Shown here piece by piece: positions 1-13,084 of a stretch of DNA of 64,000 nt (the first letter of the stretch is position 1; each line of letters begins with the position of its first letter). This DNA is from Octopus vulgaris (taxonomy: Eukaryota). The DNA lies in assembly GCA_951406725.2 (NCBI GenBank), contig OX597815.1, forward strand, positions 100,626,001 to 100,690,000. Direction: 5' to 3'. Position numbers and translations under genes: made by a program. The notes under the pieces are model-generated. The model saw only the letters and a list, made by a program, of their open reading frames with translations. It made no database searches and was not told the origin of the DNA.

Positions 1-255
1 GGTTAAACAACAATGTACCTATTTGATTGATCTGTTAGTATAATAGTCAAATTTCCCTCAACAGACTCTCAGTTGCTTTGAAAATGAACATCTATGTAAA
101 TTCCTGGCCAATATTTTTGTCTGCTATTTCCAAGGTTGCTATCCACCAATAACTCATGTAAAATTGAAGTAGAATGTAACAACTGACTATTAACTTTAAT
201 TTTATTTGTATTTTCTTTCTTTAGGAATTATATTTTATTTCTTTATTATTTACAG

Positions 256-562
256 GAATGTTTATTACCATGTTGACTTGTCATCTGGTATCGAACCTGG
301 GAAGACTGCAGTTGTAGAATTGGAAGAGATATACACACATGCTTTGCAAGCTTATCCTTCTCAAATAGCACAATCTGAGAAACAGTATGTTGTGTTCAGT
401 ACCAACCTCTATTTGTTCTCACCATATCGAGCGATTAGTCAATCAGCTGTTGTTACTTGTGCTTCCTCCAATATAGAGTTCTACACTAAAAAGAAGCCTG
501 TTTCTCAAGCTGAAACTAGTATCAACTATGGACCTTACCCCAACAAAGAGCCTTTTACTGCG
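256..562 (+). CDS. RPN1: Ribophorin I internal coding exon (first one visible; earlier exons lie upstream of the window)
   Basis: Acceptor ttacAG|G at 255/256, donor GCG|gtatct. Encodes YTHALQAYPSQIAQSEKQYVVF...YLFSPY...INYGPY, typical ribophorin I lumenal sequence. Phase 0 joins the next exon. Confidence 0.92.
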
Positions 563-1228
563 GTATCTATATATATCTACTTTTTATATTCTTTAACCAT
601 TCTATGCTTTTGTTTTGCGTTCCACTCTTTACCATACTTGTATAGCTTGTGTGGCTCTACATATTTAAATATTTGCATATAGATTGTTTGAACCAGTTAT
701 ATTTTAGGTTTTCACAGTTGAATGTTTTCCTAAAACTAGTTATAGGAAGAGTGTGTAGAGCCTGTTTTTACTTCTACCAGATGAAGCTTCTCCCGTTCTG
801 CCTATATAAATAGGCACATGTCTTTTAGCCTCAGGCCAGCTTTAATTGAATAAATGTATTCCAGCTGTGGCCATCCAGGTTTTTTCCAAATGTGTTATGT
901 CTAGAACTACCTTATTCATTGTGTCCTTCCTTAAAATAGTTGAAATAAATTTGGCTGCTATTTCTAGAACAACCATGCAGAGGTTTACTTGTTTGTTTGA
1001 GCAATGGATGCTGTATACTGAGTGACATATTGCCATATGATTAAAGTGTGTATGTTTTGATATATAAAGAAGTGTATAGAAAATTTTAGAAATTTGTAAG
1101 ACTATATAACTTACATTTCAATGTTGACGAAAAATGTGTATCTGATATGTTAATGATATGTGTTGTTTCTCACACAATGATTGTCATCTAATGACCCACT
1201 TAGTTATGATCTATTTTGTTTTCTGCAG

Positions 1229-1435
1229 GAAGAGCTGAAAGTCCATTTTGAAAATAACAGTCCATTCTTGACTGTAACCAACATGGAACGTGTTATTGAA
1301 ATTTCACACTGGGGCAATATTGCAGTGGAAGAACATTTTCAAGTAACTCATTCTGGAGCCACACTGAAAGGGCCATTCTCTCGTTATGATTATCAACGGA
1401 ATCAAGATGGTGTCTCCTCTATCAAATCTTTCAAA
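1229..1435 (+). CDS. RPN1: Ribophorin I coding exon
   Basis: ctgcAG|GAA...AAA|gtaaac; 207 nt; [35 protein letters not shown]...[10 protein letters not shown]...SSIKSFK (hallmark SHWGNI and FSRYDYQ). Confidence 0.97.
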
Positions 1436-1710
1436 GTAAACAACATTACACAAATCTTATTTTATCTAATACTTTTTCTCCTGTAATTACTGGTTTAAAT
1501 TAACACCTCATGTTTCATGGAGTAATTGAGAGGTGTTTCAAATAGATATTTAATATCTTTATGAATGAAATCCATATAAAACCCAGCTAATTAGTGAAGG
1601 TAATCAGCATTGTTGATGTATAATTGTAGCTAATGATATATTTATGATTGAAGTAAACAAAGTGATAGTAATAAAATGTCTTAGATTATTACTAATACAT
1701 TTAGGAAGGG

Positions 1711-2413
1711 CATCATCATCATTGTTTAGCGTCCGCTTTCCATGCTAGCATGGGTTGGATGGTTTAACTGGGGTCTGGGAAGCCAGAAGGCTGCACCAGG
1801 CCCAGTCTGATCTGGCAGTGTTTCTACGGCTAGATGCCCTTCCTAACGCCAACTACTCCGTGAGTGTAGTGGGTGCTTTTTATGTGACACCAGCACAGGT
1901 GCCAGATGAGGCTGGCAAACGGCCACGATCGGATGGTGCTTTTTACGTGCCACCGGCACGAGGCCAATTGGGGCGGCGCTGGCAACAGCCACGTTCGGAT
2001 GGTTCTCCTACGTACCACCAGCACTGGTATGACAGCTGCAATTTCCATTGATGTTGATCGATTTTGATTTTCACTTGCCTCAACAGGTCTTCACAAGTAG
2101 AGTTTTGTGTCCCAAGAAGGAAAAGTATGCATAAGTGGACTGGCTACATCCTATGTAGAGGCCACGGGTTATGGTCTCACTTGTCCTGCCAGGTCTTCTC
2201 ACGTACAGCATACTTCCAAAGGTCTCAGTCTCTAGTCATTTCCTCGGTGAGACCTAAAGTTCGAAGGTCGTGCTTCACCACCTTGTCCCTGGTTTTCCTG
2301 GGTCTGCCTCTTCCACAGGTTCCCTCAACCACTAGGGTGTGGTACTTTTTCACACAACTATCTTCATCCATTCTCGCCACATGACCATACCAGCGCAAAC
2401 GTCTCTCTTGCAC
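1711..2413 (-). mobile_element. 5'-truncated RTE-clade LINE (ORF2 C-terminus, 3' UTR and (GAT)n tail)
   Basis: ORF 2225..2413 reads RRLRWYGHVARM...GTCGRGRPRKT...DLR, the characteristic RTE ORF2 C-terminus. It ends in catcatcatc at 1711. The same 3' UTR recurs at 8155, 14270, 54745 and 60826. Confidence 0.85.
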
Positions 2414-2639
2414 TAGCCATAAAAATCACGCAAAGGCAGACAGCAGGGATTGGTGCAGTTTTCTGACTTGCCAGCTCCTGTAGAACCATCCAACCCATGC
2501 CAGAATGGAAAACAGACATTAAATAATGATGATGATGATTGCGCTTTGTGTATCCCTTCAAGGATACACATGTACATATATATATGTCTCTATCAGTCTG
2601 ACATAATTTTGACTGTAAAGTAATCTTAGATAAGTCAGC

Positions 2640-2879
2640 TTAAGCCTTTACTTATCCTGTGTATCACTTGTAATATGCAGGATATATTTCCCTGGCCTCC
2701 TTGCATCATATACTATATACATTCCCAATTTTTTGTCAGCTACAAGAGTAACTTGGGACTTAGGAAAGTTTTATATTACTCAGAATGTATGAAGCAAGGG
2801 CTAACTAAAAGTCTGAAAAAAAGAAACATGGATGTTTAGGACAAACTTATGAAAATAATTTGGACAGGTAAAGGGTTAA
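2640..2879. mobile_element. TTAA-flanked piggyBac-type MITE (second family)
   Basis: ttaa-gcctttacttatcc ... ggacaggtaaaggg-ttaa: imperfect short TIRs between TTAA sites. Confidence 0.5.
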
Positions 2880-3503
2880 AATGAAAAATTAATATATAAT
2901 TTTTGCACTTTTTTAACAAAATAAGTTTAAAGAAAGTTAGTAGTGGTATTGATCCTTCATCTGATAGTGTTACCATTCGGTTATGGTAAAGAAAGAAGTA
3001 AATGTAAAAATAATGAAATAATTGGTATTGGATTAAAAAGTTAAGATGGGATTTAGTGGTTTCTTATTGATTTAAAAACTTTGATAGGACAAGCATTATG
3101 AATAAAGTAAGTTTGGAAAAGTCATCAGCGTATTCTGCTAATCTGAAAGTTTTGTCACAATTCTTAAATTGATAATTTTTCATATTTTCTGCAAGTTTTG
3201 TTATAGATTGATTCATTTCTTAACTGTAATTCACTAGGATCAGTTTTCTTTTAAACCTCATTAAAAGAGTCCAGTACCAATACATTAACTTCTCATATAT
3301 GTAATGGCCGAATAGAAAAGGACAGTTTTTGGAAATAAGAAAATTCATATTCTAATTCTGAAAGTAAGCAGGAATTCTGATTAGGAATTGTTTTATTAAT
3401 GTGTTTTGTAATATGTCACATTCTGCAAAATGTAAACATGAGTGTGTAGTTGTGCATTATCTTCAGGTGAAGAAGTCTTTTTATCTATTTCTTTGTTTGG
3501 GCT

Positions 3504-3723
3504 TTAACCCTTCAGCATTTAAACTGGCCAAAATATTCTTCCTCTTTTATGTTCAAACTGGCCAGATCCAGCCTCTCCTACCTACTGTATAATGTTAGTC
3601 TAAAAAACATACAATCACATAACTGAAATCGCAAAAGCTACAAGAAAATGCTAGATAAATTCAAAACAATGTAGATAAATAAGTGTTACATTTCATAGAA
3701 TAATCTCAATACCAAAAGGTTAA
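3504..3723. mobile_element. piggyBac-type MITE (~225 bp family)
   Basis: TTAA-cccttcagcatt ... aataccaaaagg-TTAA. Homologous copies at 11709, ~17930, 23272 and 39650. Confidence 0.7.
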
Positions 3724-3864
3724 GTATAAAGTTACATGCATACTAGACATGGAAGAATTCTAAAGTTGTGTTAAGTAATCCTGAGACCAATCTAAAATGT
3801 ACTTTATATATATATATATTTATTGTATACATAAATATGAATTTTATTCTTTTTTTACTTCTAG

Positions 3865-4057
3865 ACTATTCTACCAGCTGCTGCCAGAGATGTCTATTAC
3901 CGTGATGAAATTGGAAACATTTCTACTAGTCATTTGAAGGAAATGGATGATTCTGTTGAATTAGAACTCCGTCCTAGGTTTCCACTGTTTGGTGGTTGGA
4001 AGACCCAGTATTACATTGGCTACAATGTACCCAGTTATGAATATCTTTACAATAAAG
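3865..4057 (+). CDS. RPN1: Ribophorin I coding exon
   Basis: ttctAG|ACT...G|gtagac; 193 nt; [23 protein letters not shown]...[28 protein letters not shown]. Confidence 0.97.
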
Positions 4058-4742
4058 GTAGACCATTCACTACTGACATTGCTGGGAGGGGATTAAAAAT
4101 GCTGTGTTTATACAACTTAATTCATCAAGATGTAAATATTACAGCTTTCGTTTACAAAATAACTGCTCTTTGTAATAACTTGTTAAGATACCTTCACAGT
4201 ATTTTTGTTTCTAGAACTGTATCTTTAAGAGGTAGGACACCTTTTGTAGGTCCTCCTAGATAATGGAAGGTTAGTACAGGTTAAATTTGAATGTAGGAAA
4301 TTGAAGTGGTTAATTCTTAGTTGAGGTAGTTCTATATTCAACATGAGGTAGATCACTCCAATAGATTTTATAAGAAACTAGGTCTCACCACTCTGTCTTC
4401 TACTTAACATGTATCTGCGAGAATTGTTGACGTTTGGTTCTCCCAAGACATTTCTGATCAAGCAGACCTCCGACCAGAAGCATTCCATCTCATCCTTTTC
4501 AGAGTTTCTAAGACTACATTATCCAATGTGTCCTTTTTATTTTTAAGATGTTGGGATGGGGTTGGATTTGTGGGAATTTTCAGCAGGTCAAGCAACCTTG
4601 GAGACGCTTCACTTATTTGCTCGTTTATCTGCAGAAGCTGTCTTCACTGGGTGTTTTAAAGGTACATGAAGACAAAGCTAAAAGGTGGTTGTAGGGAGAT
4701 GTAATGGTTGGAAGGAAGAAGTAGATAATATTTAAAATGACA

Positions 4743-4960
4743 TAAGGTGGTGAGCTGGCAGAAACATTAGCACACCAAGCAAAATGCTTAGTGGTATTTT
4801 GTCTGACTTTACATTCTGAGTTCAAATTCCACCAAAGTCGACTTTGCCTTTCATGTTTCGGGGTTGATAAATTAAGTACCAGTTGTGTACTAGGGTCAAT
4901 CTAATTGGCTGGCTCCTTCCCCCAAAATTTCGGGTCTTGTGCCTAGAGTAGAAAAGAATA
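4743..4960 (+). mobile_element. tRNA-derived SINE, family A (aaggtggtgagctggcagaa...gagttcaaattcc...gcctttcat...aagtaccag)
   Basis: Pol III B-box-like GAGTTCAAATTCC. Many homologous copies in the window. Confidence 0.75.
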
Positions 4961-5899
4961 TTTAAAATGACATGAAATGGAAGATACTGAGGATCGGAGA
5001 CGAGTAAGTGAAGCGAAGTGAGGTTTGGTGGGAGTGGTGTAATAGTAGTGATGATTCAAGGAGCAGAGAATACAGGATGTTCATTTAAGTAGTATTGGAG
5101 TGTCTGTTGGTGTGAGAGAGTAGATTTTCCTCTCAGTGAATATCCTCTTCATTTAAGATCCATCTTCTTTGCTGGCAGAGATTGGATGGACCAACAGAAT
5201 CCAATGAGTCAGAGGACTGTGCCAAACTCTTGTGTCTGCTTTGGCATGGTTTCTATGGCTGGATGCCCTTCCACTTTACAGAGTATGCTGGGTACTTTTT
5301 TTTTGTGTGAATTCAGTACTGATGTGGTTGCTGTATAACTCACATGGCTAAAAGCCCCCTCAACTAAGTAGGAGAATCGTAGAAAAGAGGAAGCTTTGTG
5401 CTGAGAGTTGAGAGGCTAAAGTTGATGTAGAGGAGATAAATAGCTACCCCGCCTTATAAGGGTGAGTGGGAGTAGTTGGAAAGATAGATGAATATGGTGG
5501 TGATAAAATGTCAGTGCATATCTTCAAAGTACAAAGATGAATTGAAGAGAGACAAGAAACAGAAGATTGAAGAAGGTGAGTGGGAGGAGAGTGACAGGTG
5601 GTTGGTATTGTAGGGAGAGGTGAATGATGAACAAGGTAGGAGCTGTGGCTGATGAAAATATGAGTTGGAGAAGGTGGTAAGAAACAGAAGTGGCTCAGGG
5701 TAGAGGTGTTGTTAAGTGACTATAGGAAGGCAAAGAGCAGCAGAACAATAATAATAATAATAATAATAAAGGTGTATATAGATGACTATGGGTGGGTAAA
5801 GGTTGCAAGAATGTAAGGAGGAGAGAGAGAGAGAGAGAGATACAATGACAGATATGGAGGAGGTCTGGAAACTAATTGTCCAATGTCTTTATTGTGCAG

Positions 5900-5999
5900 G
5901 AGACAAGTATTTGTTGAAGATGCGTCTTATGGATCATGTATTTGATGACCAAATTGTTGATCATTTGACAGTGAAGATAATCCTACCAGAAGGCTCCAA
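5900..5999 (+). CDS. RPN1: Ribophorin I coding exon
   Basis: gtgcAG|GA...AA|gtaaat; 100 nt; [34 protein letters not shown]. Phases match both neighbours. Confidence 0.95.
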
Positions 6000-7099
6000 G
6001 TAAATATGCTTTTTTGTTTTTGTTAATTTTCTTATGTTTTTCATAAACTGTAGCCAATATGAGCACCATATGTTCATCAATATCAGCATCAGGAATGCAA
6101 ATATTGTATAAGGTCTAATCTAAATGCCCAATCAAGTTAGTAAAACTATTTCAAAATAAAGGAATTACGTTTGTTAGTCCATTATTGTATTTTGTTTTAT
6201 TGTTTTGTGCTAGGGTGATGTGATATAGTAACCAACATCTTAGTAAATTGACTGTGATCTAATTATAGTTGTTTCACTTCAGTTAAAAGCATAACCACTA
6301 CATGACTTCGTTTCTTCTATGTAAGGTTCTATGGTAAATAATATATTCCAACTGGATGTAGTTATACCATCACTATAGGACATGTGTGAAGGAATCTAGC
6401 CTAGTGGCTAGTGTGTTAGGCTTGGGATTGTTAGGTTGTGGGACTGGGTGACATGTTGTGTCTTTGAGCAAGGCACTTGGTTTCACATTGCTCCAGTACA
6501 CTCAGCTGAAAATGAGTACCAGGGATTAACCCTGTGACATACTGGCGTCCCATTCAATAAGAATTCCTATACTCTCAGCCTTGAAGGTCTTGAAAATTTG
6601 GACAAGCTCCTGCCTCATGAGCCTGTAGGCTTCAAGTAGACTTTAGGATATCTGTTATACTGATACAGTTATATCCCCATCATATATTTACTATACTGTA
6701 TACTGGTAGTGTTATATCCATATTACATGATTTTTAGTGTGTGATAAACTTGTACAGTTATAGCATCAACATAGGAGATCTACTGTATTGTATACTAGTA
6801 CAGTGTTATCCTTATTATAGGATGATGTGTGAATTCAGTTACACTGATATGCTTTATACTGCATAGTTTTACACTTACTTTCTGTACCCTGGTATACTTT
6901 GTATACTAGAGTACAAAAATAATATACTTTGTTCATTTTTGTATTCATGCTTTCCCTGTCATTGACTCTTAATTGTTTTTCGATTAAGAAATGTCCTATT
7001 TCACATGTCTTTGAAGTTGAAAAGCTAGCAAATGACTTGGTGATAGGGGTAATGACATCATTGCTTGAAGCTGAGTGATTTCCAAAGAAGTGCAAATGT

Positions 7100-7320
7100 A
7101 AACAAACAAAAACAAACACACATGCGTGCATACAACACTTATATATGCATATATGACAGGCCTATTTCAGCTTTCATTTACCAAATCCATTTATGAGGTT
7201 TTGCTTGCTGTGGGCTATAGTAGAAGACATTTGCGCAAAGTGCTGTGCAATGAAACTGAACCTGAAACCACATAGTTGGGAAGAAAACTTCTTAATGACA
7301 CAGCCATGCATGCACCTAAT
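7100..7320 (-). mobile_element. tRNA-derived SINE, family B (reverse orientation)
   Basis: Reverse complement of ggctgtgt...aagttttcttcccaac...ggttcag...cttctactatagcc...ggatttggta; same family as 47815. Confidence 0.6.
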
Positions 7321-7569
7321 AAGTGTGTGTGTGTGTGTGTGTAAATGATGTGATAAAATATTAATTTGCACAAAAAGCTCAGATGGTTTCAAAGGTCTGT
7401 TATTAATGTTGTCTGCACTTGTTTAAAATAGAAATAAATTATAATGCACAGAAAATTACTCAATCCTTTTTGGTTTTTTTTGTGCTGACCATGAAATACT
7501 TAAAAGTTGAAGTACAGTGTTTTTTCATTGTTGATATTTTCATATTTTCAATGTTGATATTCTCTTTAG

Positions 7570-7708
7570 AAACATCAAGCTAAGGGCTCCTTTTGAAATT
7601 GTTCATGGTAAAAGACAGTTGCATTTTACTTACTTGGATACAATTGGCAGACCTGTTATAGTATTACACAAGAACAATTTGGTGGAACAGCATATTCAAG
7701 ATTTTGAA
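7570..7708 (+). CDS. RPN1: Ribophorin I coding exon
   Basis: ctttAG|A...GAA|gtaagt; 139 nt; [10 protein letters not shown]...[30 protein letters not shown]. Not in the ORF track; translated by hand. Confidence 0.95.
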
Positions 7709-8154
7709 GTAAGTCTTCTGAAATACATTTTACATTTCTATAGGAACTTGCGTTAATCTCATCAACAGAGCAGTTAATCCAAATAATACTAAAATTATAA
7801 CTTTTCAAATGATAACCTGCTTGTTAAAAATGAAAAAAATACAGTAGATAAGAACTTTTAGTTTAGAAATCAAGGTTTCTGGTTTAAATCCAGTTGAGGA
7901 CCATGTAACACATCCAGGAATAAGACACCTGATTATGATTAGAGATCAAACTGATCAAAATATAATAGATACAAATTGGCTGATTTTTGACCTGACATTT
8001 GGAGTTTGGATAGCCTCTGCTGGTGATCTGCAATTTATGGTGAAATCACTTGATACAGTAGTGCTATCTGCCGGTGCTGATGAGAATCTCATCAGCCAAT
8101 ATAGTAGTCTGCTTTTTAGCATTTGTCATCTACACAAAGTTATTTCTCGAAACA

Positions 8155-8527
8155 TTTTGCCGGTGGCACGTAAAAAGCACCATCCGTTCATGGCTGTTGC
8201 CAGCCTTGCCTGGCCCCCGTGCCGGTGGCACGTAGCACCATCCGTTCGTGGCCGTTGCCAGCCTTGCCTGGCCCCCGTGCCGGTGGCACGTAAAAAGCAC
8301 CATCCGTCCGTGGCCGTTTGCCAGCTCCGTCTGGCACCTGTGCGGGTGGCATGTAAAAAGCACTCACTACACTCACGGAGTGGTTGGCGTTAGGAAGGGC
8401 ATCCAGCCATAGAAACACTGCCAGATCAGACTGGGCCTGATGCAGCCTTCTGGCTTCACAAACCCCAGTTGAACCGTCCAACCCATGCTAGCATGGAAAG
8501 CGGACGCTAAATGATGATGATGATGAT
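8155..8527 (+). mobile_element. RTE 3'-UTR-derived element with internal tandem ~60-bp units and (GAT)n tail
   Basis: Reverse complement of 1711-2000 (ORFs 1755+ and 8188- translate nearly identically). Repeated gccggtggcacgtaaaaagcaccatcc units. Confidence 0.8.
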
Positions 8528-8890
8528 TTATTCTAAGGTGTTATAACCAACTCATCCAATTTAGGTTGGATCTGCAAATTACTATTTGTTACAAAAGCTG
8601 CTGGGCTAATGTTCTAACAATACTGCCAATCCATAAAAATACTAAGTGACCAATAGTTTTATTGTATATAGAGATTATTTATTTTATTGGTAGTTTGTGG
8701 TTAAGGTCACTGTAATTAAACTGTAAAATAGGTTCGAGAACCAAATTTATCTCTTCTTGCAATCACTAAGAAAGACATAAAATCATATTTTCCTAAGTTT
8801 TCTGTTAAATCTGAAAATTTGAATTGAATGAATTAGTATGTAATTTCTAAATGTAGTAATTTGATGTCATTATTTTTGTTTATATTTCAG

Positions 8891-9010
8891 CTGAGCTATA
8901 GCTTCCAGAAGTTCTTATTATTACAAGAACCACTGCTTGTGGTTGGTGCTTTTTATCTGCTCTTCCTTGTTGTTATTATCTATGTCCGTTTAGATTTCTC
9001 CATTACAAAG
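8891..9010 (+). CDS. RPN1: Ribophorin I exon encoding the transmembrane helix
   Basis: tttcAG|CTG...AAG|gttagt; 120 nt; [40 protein letters not shown]. Confidence 0.96.
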
Positions 9011-9982
9011 GTTAGTATTATCATTAACACATCTTATTTTGTAATTGTTTTAACTGTTTGAATAGTTTATTCATATTTTTTGTGGTTTAATCAGAGAAAG
9101 ACGGGTAACACGTAGGGCATTTTCCTGTTTGCATTGACATTGAGACAAGGAAAAACAATCATGTCTTATGGGTTATCCTCAGACTGGAAACCTGGTCCAA
9201 ATGATTATAGCAGAGCTCACTCTGCTAAAGACACCCAAACCTATGTGGTGGTGCTAAGCTCGGAGACATTTAGTCTATAATCCAAGAAGAACAATTACAG
9301 TCCATCCAATGGGCTTCTGCACAGTTTCATTTGGAAGGATTGGATTGACCTAAGGCAACAGTAGATGGTTGTTCAAACATGGTGCACAATGTGATTGAAC
9401 CTGAGGCCATGTGGAAATAATGTGAACTTCTAAGCTACACAGTCATATTCTGGTGTTCATTTATGAATGGAAGAAATTGTTTCCTTTTGTAAATCATAGC
9501 CATTTGTATATGATTGTACTTAGTACCATACTTTTATGAATAGTTTTGAAGTACCTATGTAGTTGAAAGCGCACGCACGCATGCGCGCGCACACACACAC
9601 TCTTAGCTTTCACACTTGTCTCAGCCAAACATTGAAGATATGACATAGGGAGGGTGAGAAAGTTGCATCAGCAGTTGGCTGGTACTTATTTTTAACAGAG
9701 TTGACTGGCATAATATGAAATGAAGTGCCTTTTGCAATCACAGAAGTGTGAAATAAAAGACCCCTTTCTTGACAAAAAAAAACAGATTAGAGTTAGCAAC
9801 TTAGCAACAGGAAGTACATCTAACTGAAAAGCAATATTACCATTTTGAGAGAAACCGGTGAAGGTTGGCAACAGGAAGGGCATCAAATTGTAGAAAATCA
9901 TCTGCCTCACTAAATTTCATCTGTCCCATGCAAGCATGGTAAAGTAAGTGTATGATGATGAAAGTATTTATATGTTTGTCCA

Positions 9983-10015
<33 letters not shown>

Positions 10016-10526
10016 TCCACTCCTCATAGGTATTCATTTCTTATCAAGTCCTAACTCACTTTTCCTCCAAAAATGGAATGGACTGCCATTAAAATGTTGG
10101 TTGCAGACTGCTTGCAGAGAACTGCACCAACTGGGTATTTATTCTTGAAACAGCTGTAAGAGACAATCTGCACCTTCCTTCTCTTTCAGTTGTAAGGATT
10201 AACCTGTGATGAACTCCCTTAGCCTAATATTTAATATCAATACTATGAACTTGCCTTATAACTATTCCTGGTATATACAAGCATATACACAACTATTATG
10301 GATATTTCTGAATGGAACTGTTACCAATCCCTTGTGATTTAAACTCCTTAAAGCATTTCCCCCACTGTGTGCTATATAATTATAACATGATCCAATACCA
10401 GTTGTTTGCCTGTCTATACATTTATTTTTATACATGTATACATAATATACACTCGTGTATGTGTATACATTTATATTATCTTTGTGAGTGTGTGTTTATA
10501 TATTTATAAATCTTCGTAAGTATGTT

Positions 10527-10559
<33 letters not shown>

Positions 10560-10615
10560 ATATGTTTTACATATAAGTATGTACATGCATAAACTCTCAA
10601 TATTTCTATAAATAG

Positions 10616-10861
10616 GATGAAGCTAAAGAGAGCAAAATGAGAATTGCAAGTTTGATTGAAGAAGTTCAGAGTAGCCATGATAAGAGAAGTGCTCTGTATC
10701 AAGCATATGATGATGCTACAAACAAGTTTAAAAGCAACAAAGAAGCCAGTGTTTTCCAGACAAGTCGCAAGAAAATCGATAGTGATTACAAACAGCTGAC
10801 TCAGCGGATACATACCCTTCAAGCTACTCTAAAAGAAGAAGGAGCAGAAGCTGCTGAAAAA
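10616..10861 (+). CDS. RPN1: Ribophorin I exon (cytosolic helical domain)
   Basis: aatAG|GAT...AAA|gtgagt; 246 nt; DEAKESKMRIASLIEEVQSSHDKRSALYQAYDDATNKFKS...EAAEK. Confidence 0.93.
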
Positions 10862-11708
10862 GTGAGTTCATTTTCACCGATCTTTTTTTTTATCTCCATT
10901 ATTTTAGCTGTTTCTTTTGCATCAGATCATTTATTAGGTTAGCTTTTTTTACTAGTATTTCTTGATAATATACACATCAATATACATGCATAACTTTTTT
11001 TATTATAGAGAAAGATTTTCATGGATTTTTCAATAAAGTCAATCCTTTATTACTCAATTGGTCTTTTTCCATGGATAGTGGACAGTAGTAAAAATAGGCC
11101 GGCTGGTATAAAGGACACATCTTGAAGTGTTGTCTTATCCTTATGAAGACAGAAGAGAATGTTGAAGATTATTTACATGATATGAGCTTGTACTTGTTTT
11201 TCACTGTTCCCTGCAGAAAGAATATCCAGTACATTTAATTTTAGAGTCTAAAATTTTAAATGTTCACTTGTTATTTAAGATCCTACGTAATTTTTGAGAT
11301 ATACTACACTTTCATAATATAACATAGTTTCTCTGGCAGTTCTGCATCAAATTATCAGGATTTATAATTTACTTTATGAGAATAAAGTGAATTATTTAGT
11401 CACAAATTTATTTTGTCATTTACAATCCAATTTTTCTATCATATTCTTATTTAAATTGTTAAAATAGTTTTTCTTTACTTTGCTGTGTCAAATGCAAAAT
11501 TCTCAGTTATTCTTTAATCTCAATTTTCTCATGATTGAAATTTCATTGCTTCAAACAGGGAAAGATATTTTGATCACTTACCATTCAATATGTCTCACTC
11601 TTCTTGAACATTTCTTAATGTTCCCACTTAACATCTGCTTCAATCCTCTCCCCCATTTCACTGAAAACCCATAATCATCATTTCAATTTTGCTTGTTTGA
11701 CTTGAGTC

Positions 11709-11936
11709 TTAACCTTTTAGTATTTAAACCGGCCATATCTGGCCTAAATATTCTACCTGTTTTATGTTTAAACTGGCAAGATCCAGCTTCCCACACCTAC
11801 CCTGCAATGTCATCCTAAAAATAAACAATCGCATCTTCTAAATCTCAAAGCTATGAGATAATACAGGATTAATTTTATAAAATGTGAATATATAAGTATA
11901 ACACTTGACAAAATAATCTGAATGTTAGAGGGTTAA
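11709..11936. mobile_element. piggyBac-type MITE copy
   Basis: TTAA-ccttttagtatt ... aatgttagaggg-TTAA. Confidence 0.72.
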
Positions 11937-11996
11937 ACTGTTCCTGTCTGAATGCATTCACATGAGTTAATACTGTTTTGTTTTAATATCTAACAG

Positions 11997-12179
11997 GTTG
12001 CTGAGCTGCAGAAGCTTGATAGCCAATACAAGGAACTTATCAATCAAGCTATAAATTATGCTGAGAAATTAATAAATAATAAAATGAATAAACAAGCCTA
12101 CATTGAGAGTGAGCCAGCTATAAGTAAGAAACGAGCTGAGATTAACCAGAAAATGGAAGCTCTTAGTAGTTCTCTCTAG
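11997..12179 (+). CDS. RPN1: Ribophorin I terminal coding exon
   Basis: taacAG|GTT; VAELQKLDSQYKELINQAINYAEKLINNKMNKQAYIESE...MEALSSSL, ending at TAG 12177-12179; 183 nt. Confidence 0.92.
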   Translation, partial: VAELQKLDSQYKELINQAINYAEKLINNKMNKQAYIESEPAISKKRAEINQKMEALSSSL

Positions 12180-12242
12180 TAAACATTGCCATCTAGAGTG
12201 AAATCATTTATCAATTCATAAACATCTTTTGTTTGTCTGGAC

Positions 12243-12551
12243 AATAAAAGAAGAAAAAAAAAAGTTATTTCATTTCATACTGTTTTGTTCTACTCTATTT
12301 TGGAATAAAACATCCCAATTCTTAATTTGTATTTTTTCAATTTTTGGTTTGTTTCTCTTTCTTTCTCCTTTTCTATATAACCTAAAATTTAGCTCAAAGA
12401 AATTTGTTTCATTTATAACAGAGACAGCTAATCTAAATTGAAGTATTTTGAAAGGAAAGTGTTATGCAGTAATGAAACTGCAGTTATATTATTAATTTAT
12501 TATATAATAGGAATCTTTTATAAAAATATTGAAAGTTTTAGCAGCAATAAA
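12243..12551 (+). promoter_or_regulatory. Candidate RPN1 polyadenylation signals
   Basis: AATAAA at 12243, 12304 and 12546. The last is followed by a T/GT-rich tract. Confidence 0.45.
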
Positions 12552-13084
12552 TCTAAACATTGTTTCAATGTTAATTTTGTTTCATCTCTTTTTAATGCTA
12601 ATTCTGTAATGTGAGTCTCTTTTTCATTCCTGGTTGTAGCCATTTTATTTCATTTATGCTGTTTACCACCTCACATTCACCATTTCACATGGGAGTTTCT
12701 ATGTTATCACTCAGCCTGCTAGAAATAGCAATCACATCTACACCCTACTGCCTTAAAAGGATGGATGGTGCACAGGATGGTCACCACTTGAATGTCTTTG
12801 ATGGTGGGTCTGCTCAATCAGGGATGACTTGAGATTTAACAATAATCATATAATCTTTCACCTCATGAATTTTGCTTTTATTCTTTTACTGGCGTCAGTC
12901 ATTGTACTGTGGCCATGATGGGGCAGCTCCCTTCAATGATAGAGTTGATGACATTGACCCCTATTATTTATTTAATCAACTGTGGAATGATGAATGGCAA
13001 AATGGACTTAAGTATGATTTGAACTCATCATCATCATCGAAATATTGTTGCAACAGTCATTTTTCTACATAATAACAGAAATTT

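Noticed and set aside
4743-4840. tRNA gene
   Set aside because: Only a tRNA-like SINE head (B-box) followed by a repeat body; no complete cloverleaf.
8076-8096. CTGATGAG in the perfect hairpin gctgatgag-aat-ctcatcagc, resembling a hammerhead ribozyme core
   Set aside because: No stem II-GAAA arrangement in the correct register; the core is sequestered in its own hairpin.
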